In this document: positions 1-8,566 of the stretch, one piece after another | How the letters are laid out: the number at the start of each line of letters is the position of its first letter | Position numbering within the stretch: the first letter of the stretch is position 1 | Assembly (NCBI GenBank): GCA_963719505.1 | Contig: CAVRCF010000002.1 | Location: 224,001 to 288,000 of the forward strand | DNA from: Halobacteriovoraceae bacterium | GTDB taxonomy: Bacteria > Bdellovibrionota > Bacteriovoracia > Bacteriovoracales > Bacteriovoracaceae | DNA length: 64,000 nucleotides | Direction of reading: 5' to 3' | Notes under the pieces: generated by a model | Database searches by the model: none | What the model was told of the DNA's origin: nothing | The model's input: the letters and a program-made list of their open reading frames with translations, nothing else | Position numbers and translations under genes: made by a program

Positions 1-1
1 T

Positions 2-1180
2 GTTGAAAAAGTACCCATGAAGATGAGACCAAGTCCATATGGTATGGGAGATATGGATCATGGTGGTGGAATGGGCGACGGCGGAGGTCACGGTGGTGGA
101 CACGATGGCCATGCAATGAAAGTTTCTCAAGAAGAGATTGAGCAGATGCCAATGACTAAAAGATTAAACTACAAAGACATTAAATCTCCAAAAATGACAA
201 TGTTTGATATGTCTCTTCCTAGAAGAGATTATACTTTAGAATTAAATGGAGATATGGATAGATACAATTGGACGATTAACGGAAAGTCTTTCTCTGAAGA
301 TAAGTTTCTTATGGTTAAATACAATGAAGTTGTAAGAATAAAATACGTAAACAAAACAATGATGCATCACCCGATGCACCTCCATGGTCATTTCTTTAGA
401 GTTCTAAATGGACAAGGCCACTTTGCTCCAAAGTTTCACACTGTTGATGTTCCTCCAATGGGAGAAATAACAATTGAGTTTCATGCAAATGAGCCAGGGA
501 TTTGGTTTTTACACTGTCACAACCTCTACCATATGAAGATGGGAATGGCGAGATTGGTTAAGTACGAGGGCTTTGAAAGGCCGGATGTTTTAGTTGAGAA
601 CGAAAGAAGATGGACTCGGTATATGACTCATGATGATACTTCATTCACTAGCGCAGAACTTGGAGTTGCCTCTAATGCTTCCGAACTTGAAGTGAAAATT
701 TCTAAAGGAAAATATCAAGTTGATATCAATTTAGAGATGGATCAATATGATGTGAATAATCTTGATGGAGAAGTATTATTTAAAAGATATATTGATCGTT
801 TTTTAAATATCTATGCTGGGGTTGAATATGATGATGGTCAAATGCATAGCGTACTTGGAGCAGCTTATACAGTACCGCTTAGAGTTGAGGTTAAAACACA
901 TCTGAGATCTGATGGTAAGTTGATTGTATCGTTGAGTAAAATGTTTCCTATTACTAAAAGAGTAAGTATTGATTTTTCTGGAAGAGGAGCGTTTGGAATC
1001 AATGATGCTCCTGAATGGGAGTTTAACTCCGGTCTTTATTATCAGATGTCTCCAAGAACTAGCGTAGGAGTTAACTATAGATATGATACAAATATTGGAC
1101 CAACAGTAGGGGTAGGTCTGAGAGTAAACCTAAATCGAAGTCGGACAAAGAAAAAGAAGAGAAAGAAGCCACTGTTTTAA
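2..1180 (+). CDS. Multicopper oxidase (CopA/PcoA-like), 5'-truncated by the window edge, with a C-terminal beta-rich extension
   Basis: HPMHLHGH and FLHCHNLYHMKMGM copper motifs; Met/His/Gly-rich linker; frame open to window start. Confidence 0.9.
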   Translation, partial: VEKVPMKMRPSPYGMGDMDHGGGMGDGGGHGGGHDGHAMKVSQEEIEQMPMTKRLNYKDIKSPKMTMFDMSLPRRDYTLELNGDMDRYNWTINGKSFSEDKFLMVKYNEVVRIKYVNKTMMHHPMHLHGHFFRVLNGQGHFAPKFHTVDVPPMGEITIEFHANEPGIWFLHCHNLYHMKMGMARLVKYEGFERPDVLVENERRWTRYMTHDDTSFTSAELGVASNASELEVKISKGKYQVDINLEMDQYDVNNLDGEVLFKRYIDRFLNIYAGVEYDDGQMHSVLGAAYTVPLRVEVKTHLRSDGKLIVSLSKMFPITKRVSIDFSGRGAFGINDAPEWEFNSGLYYQMSPRTSVGVNYRYDTNIGPTVGVGLRVNLNRSRTKKKKRKKPLF

Positions 1181-1299
1181 ATGATATTAGGAGCTACTTC
1201 GATTAACTAAGTCGTTTGTGAAGTTTCTAGGCAGTAAAGAGAGTTCTTTTTTTAGACTTAGTTAAAGCTAATATATTTTCATTTACTGATGGATAAATT

Positions 1300-2520
1300 A
1301 TGAATATAGAGTCAAGATTTTTTAACTTATGGGCTGAGTCAGCTTTTACTTCACTTGGACTCTTTTGGATGGCTTTTTGGGCTTTTGGATTAGGCTACTT
1401 GATAAGTTCAATGATTCAAATATTCATTACCAAAAATAAGATGAAACAAGTAATGGGAGAATCAGGATTTAAATCCATCTCTTTTGCAACATTCTTCGGC
1501 TTTATATCTAGTTCTTGCTCCTTTGCAGCCCTATCTACCACAAGGGCTTTATTTGCAAAAGGGGCGGGTATGGTACCCTCTTTAGCATTTCTACTTGCTT
1601 CTACAAATTTAGTTGTCGAACTTGGAATTGCAATTTCATTGTTTCTTAGTTGGCAATTTGTTTTAGGGGAATATCTCGGTGGGCTATTAATGATTTTATT
1701 GATGACTGTGTTAGTTAAGTTAACGCTGAGTAGTGAACTTGAAAAATCAGCTAGAGATAAAGCAAAAAAAATTGAAAATTCAAGCAATTCAGATTCTGCA
1801 CATGAATGGAAGGAAATAATCTCAGAGATTTCTGTTTGGAAACTAATTGGAAATAAATATTTAATGGAATGGAAAATGGTTTGGAAAGATGTACTCGTCG
1901 GCTTCACCGTTGCTGGGATAATAGCAGTCTATATTCCTAAAGAGTTTTTCCAGAATCTTTTTATCGGCAGTGGCTCTGAGTCGCTTGAGATATGGCAAGT
2001 GATTTTACACTCATTAATTGGGCCTATTGCTGCATTTATAACATTTATTGGATCGATGGGAAATATTCCATTAGCAGCCGTTCTTTTTAGTAATGGAGTG
2101 AGCTTTGCCGGAGTGATGGCGTTTCTTTTTAGCGACTTAGTTGTTTTTCCTGTAATGAGAATTCAAATAAAATACTATGGTATTAAGATGGCAATATATA
2201 TTGGAGCAATATTCCTAAGTATTCTAAGTTTGACATCTGTTATAATGCATTATGGATTTATGTATTTTGATATACTTCCAAGCTCATCAAATTCAAGTCA
2301 CATATCTAGTAGAGAGTTCTTTCAAGTTGATTACTCGTTTTACTTGAATTTATTCTTTTTTTTACTTTCATTCACTTTTCTTTTTATTAATTTCAAAAGA
2401 ACTGATAGTCTGTTTAAGTTCAACTGGCCTAAAAGAATAAGTGAAAAGGTATTACTTAGTTTTACCTTTATTTCATTCACTTGGGTTAGTATTGGTTTCG
2501 CTATTCATTTATTTGTCTAG
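1300..2520 (+). CDS. Permease (ArsP_1/DUF318-like), metal-associated
   Basis: Multiple TM helices, SSCSFAA and FIGSMGNIPLAA motifs typical of this family. Confidence 0.8.
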   Translation: MNIESRFFNLWAESAFTSLGLFWMAFWAFGLGYLISSMIQIFITKNKMKQVMGESGFKSISFATFFGFISSSCSFAALSTTRALFAKGAGMVPSLAFLLASTNLVVELGIAISLFLSWQFVLGEYLGGLLMILLMTVLVKLTLSSELEKSARDKAKKIENSSNSDSAHEWKEIISEISVWKLIGNKYLMEWKMVWKDVLVGFTVAGIIAVYIPKEFFQNLFIGSGSESLEIWQVILHSLIGPIAAFITFIGSMGNIPLAAVLFSNGVSFAGVMAFLFSDLVVFPVMRIQIKYYGIKMAIYIGAIFLSILSLTSVIMHYGFMYFDILPSSSNSSHISSREFFQVDYSFYLNLFFFLLSFTFLFINFKRTDSLFKFNWPKRISEKVLLSFTFISFTWVSIGFAIHLFV

Positions 2521-2618
2521 GTATGTGTTCTAAAACTTAATATGCAGTTTATATTGTGAAATAACCTTACTTATATGTTAAATATTGAATTTATATGTTT
2601 TTCTAGTATTATTGACAC

Positions 2619-2984
2619 ATGAAGATTTTGCTATTTATATTTTCTTTTTTAATCATTGTAAGTGTATCAATTCAAAGTCCTCAAGTCTCAGACATGAGTA
2701 TCGTTGATATTCATATAAGTTACATTATGAACAATACTGTAACTCATCATGATAATATCGATGATTCAGTACATACTCATACTCACAAGCACTCGGAAGA
2801 TGGTGAAGAGCACGAACATAATCACGATCACAATAGCACGACCCAACTCAATCTAAAGCTTTTTAGTAAATATTCAATTCTGTTTATCGATTCATTAAAA
2901 GATGAGGGAAGAATAAAATTTCCATTTAAATCGATGACACTTTCCGAATACCAGCTCTCTATCTATCGTCCTCCAATTTCTTAG
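2619..2984 (+). CDS. Small exported His-rich metal-binding protein
   Basis: Signal peptide, HTHTHKHSEDGEEHEHNHDH, C-terminal IYRPPIS. Confidence 0.7.
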   Translation: MKILLFIFSFLIIVSVSIQSPQVSDMSIVDIHISYIMNNTVTHHDNIDDSVHTHTHKHSEDGEEHEHNHDHNSTTQLNLKLFSKYSILFIDSLKDEGRIKFPFKSMTLSEYQLSIYRPPIS

Positions 2985-3023
2985 TTTAATTAAAAAATTT
3001 TAATATTTAACTAGGAGAACGAA

Positions 3024-3806
3024 ATGTTTAAACTTTTTATAAGTTTCATTCCACTATTGTGGTCTGTAAACTCATTCGCCCATGGAATTAGTCCAGAAGC
3101 ACGTCAGGCAATGATCGATGGTGGATATCTAAAATATGTAATGCTAGGAGCAGAACATATGATTACTGGATATGACCATTTACTATTTTTATTTGGAGTC
3201 ATTTTCTTTTTAACGAGCTTTAAAAGTATCGTTAAATTTATAAGTATCTTTACACTCGGGCACAGTGTTACTCTTATAGGTGCAACATTTTTAGGAATAA
3301 CAGCAAATTATTGGTTGATAGATGCAGTAATCGCCTTGAGTGTTTGTTATAAAGGATTTGATAACAACAATGGATTCAAAGACTATCTAGGCTTTAAGAA
3401 GGCTCCAAATCTTTTGTGGATGGTTTTTATTTTTGGACTGATTCATGGCTTTGGACTATCGACAAGACTACAACAGTTACCTCTAGGGGATAAGGGACTT
3501 GAGATGCTTGGTCGAATCTTGTCTTTTAATGTTGGTGTAGAGCTTGGCCAAGTTTTCGCACTTTTTATTATGTTACTCATTTTGAACAATATAAGGACTC
3601 TTGGTTTTTTTCAAAGATTCTCCAAAGTGGCTAATCACGGACTGATACTTGCTGGGTTTATGTTGTTACTAATGCAGCTACATGGATATCAACATACATC
3701 CAGTCCTGATGATTTCGGCTTCTCAGAAGATAGTCATTACCATCACCACTTGAAAATGGACGAAACTGAAAAATCTAAACCTGCAACTATTCACGATAAT
3801 CTATAA
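3024..3806 (+). CDS. HupE/UreJ family metal (Ni) transporter
   Basis: GAEHMITGYDHLLF, FTLGHSVTL, FGLIHGFG, FNVGVELGQ. Confidence 0.9.
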   Translation: MFKLFISFIPLLWSVNSFAHGISPEARQAMIDGGYLKYVMLGAEHMITGYDHLLFLFGVIFFLTSFKSIVKFISIFTLGHSVTLIGATFLGITANYWLIDAVIALSVCYKGFDNNNGFKDYLGFKKAPNLLWMVFIFGLIHGFGLSTRLQQLPLGDKGLEMLGRILSFNVGVELGQVFALFIMLLILNNIRTLGFFQRFSKVANHGLILAGFMLLLMQLHGYQHTSSPDDFGFSEDSHYHHHLKMDETEKSKPATIHDNL

Positions 3807-3815
3807 GGAGAATAA

Positions 3816-4175
3816 ATGAAAATTTTAATAATCTTGTTGAGTATGATACTAAGTACTTTTACATTTGCTGGAATTGGTGGGGGGCACTCTCACGGACATG
3901 GTCACAGTCATGAAAAGAAAGTGGCGGTTAAATTGATTGATGCTAAAAAAGCTGAAAAGTTAGCTAGAAATAAAGTAAGAGTTTTGGCTTTCCAAGAAAA
4001 GATTGATTTAACTTGGAATAGTGCGAAGTTGGCATCAGCAATCATTAAAGAGTTTAAAGGTAAAAAAGAGTGGCTCGTAACTTTTTCTAATGAAAAAGGA
4101 AAAAAAGGTAAAACTCTCTATATCTTTTTAAAGCCTGATGGTGAATTTGTAGCCGCAAACTTTACTGGTAAATAA
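3816..4175 (+). CDS. Exported His-rich protein (DUF6488-like)
   Basis: Signal peptide, GHSHGHGHSH, C-terminal LYIFLKPDGEFVAANFTGK. Confidence 0.7.
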   Translation: MKILIILLSMILSTFTFAGIGGGHSHGHGHSHEKKVAVKLIDAKKAEKLARNKVRVLAFQEKIDLTWNSAKLASAIIKEFKGKKEWLVTFSNEKGKKGKTLYIFLKPDGEFVAANFTGK

Positions 4176-4176
4176 T

Positions 4177-4515
4177 ATGTGGTTAACAATAAGTAAGACT
4201 ATTGTTGCTGCAATACTTATTAGTTATGTTTCCTGGCTTTCAGGAAAAAAAACAGGTTTGGCAGGGTTTTTAACAGCCCTGCCTCTTACTACATTACTGG
4301 CATTAGCCTTCTCACACATGGAATGGGGAGATAATAACCAGTCTGTTGAATATGCTAAGAGTGTTTTTGTTGCGATACCAGTATCTTTATTATTTTTCAT
4401 ACCATTTTTATTGGCCGAGAAGCTAAATTTAAGCTTTTGGACTTGCTATGGAAGTGGAGTGGCTCTCTTAGGAGTTGGATACTTTATCCATTCTCAGATC
4501 ACTAAATTTATCTAA
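4177..4515 (+). CDS. Small membrane protein (DUF3147-like), copy 1
   Basis: 4 TM helices, LAGFLTALPL; paralog at 48351. Confidence 0.7.
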   Translation: MWLTISKTIVAAILISYVSWLSGKKTGLAGFLTALPLTTLLALAFSHMEWGDNNQSVEYAKSVFVAIPVSLLFFIPFLLAEKLNLSFWTCYGSGVALLGVGYFIHSQITKFI

Positions 4516-4548
4516 TTCATATTTACTATCCTCGGTTGTTCATATAAT

Positions 4549-4565
4549 ATACTGGGGTATAGTAT
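4549..4565. promoter_or_regulatory. RcnR/DmeR/FrmR-type operator
   Basis: ATACT-GGGGTAT-AGTAT inverted repeat around a G-tract, just upstream of the repressor start. Confidence 0.65.
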
Positions 4566-4576
4566 GTGGAGGTGGA

Positions 4577-4855
4577 ATGGCTCATATTTCTGAAGACAGA
4601 ACAAAGATTAAATCGAGAATAAAAAAAATTAAGGGCCAACTCGAAGCGGTTGAGCGTGCTTTAGATAATGGTAAGGAGTGCTTCACCGTTTTACAGACTC
4701 TTTCTGCTTGTAGAGGTGGGCTTAATGGACTTATGGGGGAATTAATTGAAGGGCATGTTAAAGAACATGTTATGAAAAATCCTACAGCTCCTAAAACACC
4801 ACAGGATAAATCTGCACTAGAGTTAATTAAATTAATGAAAACATATTGGAAGTAA
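4577..4855 (+). CDS. dmeR: CsoR/RcnR-family metal-sensing repressor (DmeR-like)
   Basis: MAH start after GGAGG; RIKKIKGQLEAVERAL..C..VLQ...GLMGELIEGHVKEH. Confidence 0.8.
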   Translation: MAHISEDRTKIKSRIKKIKGQLEAVERALDNGKECFTVLQTLSACRGGLNGLMGELIEGHVKEHVMKNPTAPKTPQDKSALELIKLMKTYWK

Positions 4856-4867
4856 GGATAAGCAATT

Positions 4868-5806
4868 ATGTCACATGCAAGCCACGAACATAATCACGAT
4901 TATGTAATTAAAGATAGTAAGATTGGAGCCAACGAGAAAAAAACAATGTTTGTCGTGGGACTAACTTTTGTAACAATGGTAGTTGAAGTTACCTATGGTT
5001 ATATCACAGGATCTATGGCTCTCCTTGCAGATGGCTGGCATATGGCAAGTCACGTTGGTGCACTCGGTATATCATTGATTGCATATAGGCTTGCAAGGTC
5101 CCATAAGCTTAATCAAAAATTCTCTTTTGGAGCAGGTAAGCTAATTCCCCTTGGAGGCTATACAAGTGCTTTGATGCTAGGTATGGTCGCTATTTTTATG
5201 GGTGTAGAGTCAATTGAAAGGTTTCTTAATCCCACCATTATTGATTTTTCTGTCGCCATTTGGGTTTCAGTAGTCGGTTTGATCGTAAATCTTTTAAGCG
5301 CTCTTTTATTAAAAGATTCTCATGATCATCATCACGAGCACGATGATCACCATCATCATCAAAATGAAGGAGAGCATGTACACGATCATAATCATCAAAG
5401 TGCACTTGTTCATGTTATTGCTGATGCGTTTACTTCAGTTCTTGCAATAGTTGCTTTAATTCTTGGAAAATACTTTGGGTGGTACTGGGCAGACCCTATA
5501 ATGGGAATTGTGGGCTCTGTAGTAATATTAAAATGGGCATATGGGCTTTGCAAAGGAACTGTTTGGGAACTACTAGATGGAAATTCTAAGTTGATCAAAA
5601 AAGATGAAATAAAAAAACTTTTTGCTCAAGATAAAAATGTAGAGATAACGGATTTACATATTTGGAGAATTGCACCAAACGCTCATGCATGTGAAGTTAT
5701 GATTTATAATAACGACTTGATAGGGAGCGAATTCTATCGAGATAAAATATTGAAAAATTTTGATATTGAACATTTGATTATTGAAGAGAGATCATGCGTT
5801 CATTAA
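4868..5806 (+). CDS. dmeF: CDF family Co(II)/Ni(II) efflux transporter
   Basis: GSMALLADGWHMASH, His-rich loop, HVIADA, DLHIW. Confidence 0.88.
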   Translation: MSHASHEHNHDYVIKDSKIGANEKKTMFVVGLTFVTMVVEVTYGYITGSMALLADGWHMASHVGALGISLIAYRLARSHKLNQKFSFGAGKLIPLGGYTSALMLGMVAIFMGVESIERFLNPTIIDFSVAIWVSVVGLIVNLLSALLLKDSHDHHHEHDDHHHHQNEGEHVHDHNHQSALVHVIADAFTSVLAIVALILGKYFGWYWADPIMGIVGSVVILKWAYGLCKGTVWELLDGNSKLIKKDEIKKLFAQDKNVEITDLHIWRIAPNAHACEVMIYNNDLIGSEFYRDKILKNFDIEHLIIEERSCVH

Positions 5807-6111
5807 TGTTTTTTTAGAGAAAAAAATTGAATGAAATTAATAGTATAAATTAAAGATATTGCTTAGGTGGCTCTTTTCATTGCTTGGACAACTTTAACTC
5901 GATAAATTGCTGTTATGAAAAATCTGATTAATGTACAAAACCGACCGGAGTAAATATGGCTAAACTTGAGTGTGGATTAAATGAGTTTTATAATAATTAA
6001 TACGGATCATTATTCTTAATAAACGATTTATATAGCATGCTCAAAATTGAAAATTAACAAGTAATTGTTAGGAAAGTAAAGAGAAGCGAATTTCAATTTT
6101 AGCCATGCTTA

Positions 6112-6420
6112 TCAACCTCCGCCACCATCTTGTCCGCCAGAAAATGCTCTTACTGTTGATAAATCTAAATTTATACCATTGCTAAACTCAACATTTAATA
6201 AGTTAAGATTGCCTGGTATTTCAATAAATCCATTTCGAAGCTGAACAGAAGGTTCTTTTACTAATTCAGCCAAACTCAGTATTTCTCTGCTTGATGTTTC
6301 AACAGATTGAATTTTTCCTGCCTCTAGTAAAAGCTTTGTCGGTTTTTTGATACTCTCTAAGCTTTGTCCGAAACTAACTGAATAAGAGATAACTGATATT
6401 AATACTAATAATTTTTTCAT
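6112..6420 (-). CDS. Small secreted protein with C-terminal GGQDGGGG tail
   Basis: Signal peptide; start overlaps stop of the upstream HTH gene. Confidence 0.65.
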   Translation of the reverse strand: MKKLLVLISVISYSVSFGQSLESIKKPTKLLLEAGKIQSVETSSREILSLAELVKEPSVQLRNGFIEIPGNLNLLNVEFSNGINLDLSTVRAFSGGQDGGGG

Positions 6421-7241
6421 TGTAATACCCTCCTATCATCTTCAAAGCTTTTAAAGTCATCTAGCAGAATAGAGTAAAATATTGGCTCTGTTCTCTGAGT
6501 TGTTTTATCAATATTTACGTCCCTAAGTAAAGAATTTAGTTGGTCTAATGCATTCAAATTTACCATGTCATTATGAAGAATGGCGCTGATAATCTCTTTG
6601 AAATATCTTGTAGCATGATGAATTAATGTTCTTTTTTCTTTGGATATTAATTGTGTACCAAAATATATAAAATTCTTAAGTTTTCCACAGTTTTTATCTT
6701 TATGGTAATTAGAAGAATTTGAAATTTGTTTTCTTAATACATTGAAATTAGGCTTCAACTTTTCAAATTTACTTTTAATATTACCGTTTGTATCAATAGA
6801 TACAATAGACAAAGATTCCATATCAAGAAGAGTTGTAACGCCAGAGTAGCCCATTGACTCTTTAACCTGCTCTACTGTTTTGAAGTATCCAAGTTCAATC
6901 ATATTTGCCAATGCAAAGGTATTGGGATCAGTGAATAATCTTTCTTGATCTTGGTTAATTCTATCTTTAGTAGAAGTGTCTGATAGTAAGTTTAATAGTG
7001 TTGTATTATTTGGCTCGTGCTGATTTATAAGACTAAGGCTAGCTTCTTTTTCAAATAAGAAGTTCATTATTTCTGCAAGTTCTAGTGGTTGAAAATCACG
7101 TTTTTCATTAAATGATCTATTCAAAGTTGAATAGCTTAGAGAAGTATTTCTCTCTATATCCTTTAAGCTTATGGAGTGATCTCTAACATGATTAGAAATC
7201 ATTTCAAAAATAGATGTATTTTCTTGGTTAGATAAATTCAA
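6417..7241 (-). CDS. HTH transcriptional regulator (TIGR02147/DUF4423-like architecture)
   Basis: N-terminal XRE-like HTH (SLKDIERNTSLSYSTLNR), central winged-helix-like segment, ~270 aa. Confidence 0.55.
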   Translation of the reverse strand: MNLSNQENTSIFEMISNHVRDHSISLKDIERNTSLSYSTLNRSFNEKRDFQPLELAEIMNFLFEKEASLSLINQHEPNNTTLLNLLSDTSTKDRINQDQERLFTDPNTFALANMIELGYFKTVEQVKESMGYSGVTTLLDMESLSIVSIDTNGNIKSKFEKLKPNFNVLRKQISNSSNYHKDKNCGKLKNFIYFGTQLISKEKRTLIHHATRYFKEIISAILHNDMVNLNALDQLNSLLRDVNIDKTTQRTEPIFYSILLDDFKSFEDDRRVLQ

Positions 7242-7311
7242 ATGTTTCCCCTAATTGTGTGATGTGTAAATATATTAAGTCTGAATTTGAGTCAAATGGT
7301 GTGGGTAATTT

Positions 7312-7390
7312 TTATTCAATTTGAATAAGGGCAATGACATTTTAGATGTTTAGAACCTTAAAAATAATTAATTTAACCAATTTGGTTAAA
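7312..7390. promoter_or_regulatory. Two perfect palindromes sharing a CAA-T-TTG core in the divergent intergenic region
   Basis: TTATTCAA-T-TTGAATAA (7312-7328) and TTTAACCAA-T-TTGGTTAAA (7372-7390). Confidence 0.5.
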
Positions 7391-7476
7391 CTCACTAGAT
7401 TCTATTCCAAAAAATTGAACTTCATTTACTTATCCTCCATAACAAATAAATCAAATTCTTCAAAGGAGAGAGAAGT

Positions 7477-7803
7477 ATGAAAGCAAATTTATTTTTAACA
7501 ATTTTTTTAGTGCAAGTAACAAGTGCATTTAGTTGCTCTTTAGATGAGTGGAGTCAGTTAGCCACATCAATAGAGAATTCATCTGTACTTAACTCAGAGG
7601 ATGTAATTGCGACTGGTACGCTTAGTTATGATCTTAACGAGTTAAAGAGAGTTGTTGGAGAATGCAACAAGCTTAAGAGCAACGTTGGTTGCTACAGAGG
7701 AATCTTACAAAGCAGATCAAGAGAAATATCTAGACTAGAGTTCACAAACCTTCAGTGTGAATCATTAAATGAAATACATAATATATTAACAGGGAGAGAG
7801 TAA
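7477..7803 (+). CDS. Secreted Cys-containing hypothetical protein
   Basis: AAGGAG RBS, signal peptide, 4 Cys. Confidence 0.65.
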   Translation: MKANLFLTIFLVQVTSAFSCSLDEWSQLATSIENSSVLNSEDVIATGTLSYDLNELKRVVGECNKLKSNVGCYRGILQSRSREISRLEFTNLQCESLNEIHNILTGRE

Positions 7804-8219
7804 TGGAAAAAATGATTATGAGTATTATATTTTTAAGTAGCTTTAACACATTTGCATATTCAGATGGTGTGTACTTTTCAAAAAAAGATCCAAAAATAAA
7901 AGTTAAGATTGATGGAGATATTGTAGAGGGATACACGACTCGTGGGTTTAGATTTTCTGGTGATAAATGTTATCTATACTCAGTGAGTAGAATTGTTGAT
8001 TTTAGAGGCAATCAGCTTCAATTAGAACATGTAATAAGTCGTTTAGTTAATTCTTCTTCAAATACTTCTGGCTGTGTTCAGAGAATTGAAGAGGTAAACA
8101 ACAGATCATATTTCAATCCTGAAAATGGACATACGTATAGATATAAAGGCTCATCACTCGATCTTAGTGGATATTCTAAAACTAATGAACCTTTTAATGG
8201 ACTACATATACTTTATTAA
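7803..8219 (+). CDS. Secreted hypothetical protein
   Basis: Coupled start/stop, signal peptide. Confidence 0.65.
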   Translation: MEKMIMSIIFLSSFNTFAYSDGVYFSKKDPKIKVKIDGDIVEGYTTRGFRFSGDKCYLYSVSRIVDFRGNQLQLEHVISRLVNSSSNTSGCVQRIEEVNNRSYFNPENGHTYRYKGSSLDLSGYSKTNEPFNGLHILY

Positions 8220-8243
8220 TAAAGACTTATTTGGGAGAGGGAA

Positions 8244-8399
8244 ATGAATGAATTTTATTCAAAGATTAAAGAGGATTTTTTAGAGCTTTGCGGTGCAATT
8301 AGTGTTGAAGAGCTTGTCGATAATCATAGAGCAATTGAACTTATTAAAGAAATTGATAACGTTTTGAAGGATGTTTCAATTACAAGTTTATATTTATAA
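8244..8399 (+). CDS. Small hypothetical protein (51 aa, not in ORF track)
   Basis: GAGAGGG RBS; MNEFYSKIKEDFLELCGAISVEEL... Confidence 0.4.
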   Translation: MNEFYSKIKEDFLELCGAISVEELVDNHRAIELIKEIDNVLKDVSITSLYL

Positions 8400-8411
8400 G
8401 AGGAGAGAATA

Positions 8412-8558
8412 ATGACAACAAATATAGAAGAGTTGAGACTGAAGATAGATATATTAGAACAACTACTTTCGAAGAAAGAACTTAAAAGAATATCTGTTTC
8501 TAAAAGATTTAAAAGAATCAGGCGAAAGATTTCAAAATATTTAATGATGAGCTTATAG
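8412..8558 (+). CDS. Small basic hypothetical protein (48 aa, not in ORF track)
   Basis: AGGAG RBS; MTTNIEELRLKIDILEQLL...; stop overlaps RBS of the next gene. Confidence 0.4.
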   Translation: MTTNIEELRLKIDILEQLLSKKELKRISVSKRFKRIRRKISKYLMMSL

Positions 8559-8566
8559 GAGCCAAG

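Noticed and set aside
5320-5396. CATGAT/CAC tandem repeats
   Set aside because: Codons of the His-rich loop of the CDF transporter
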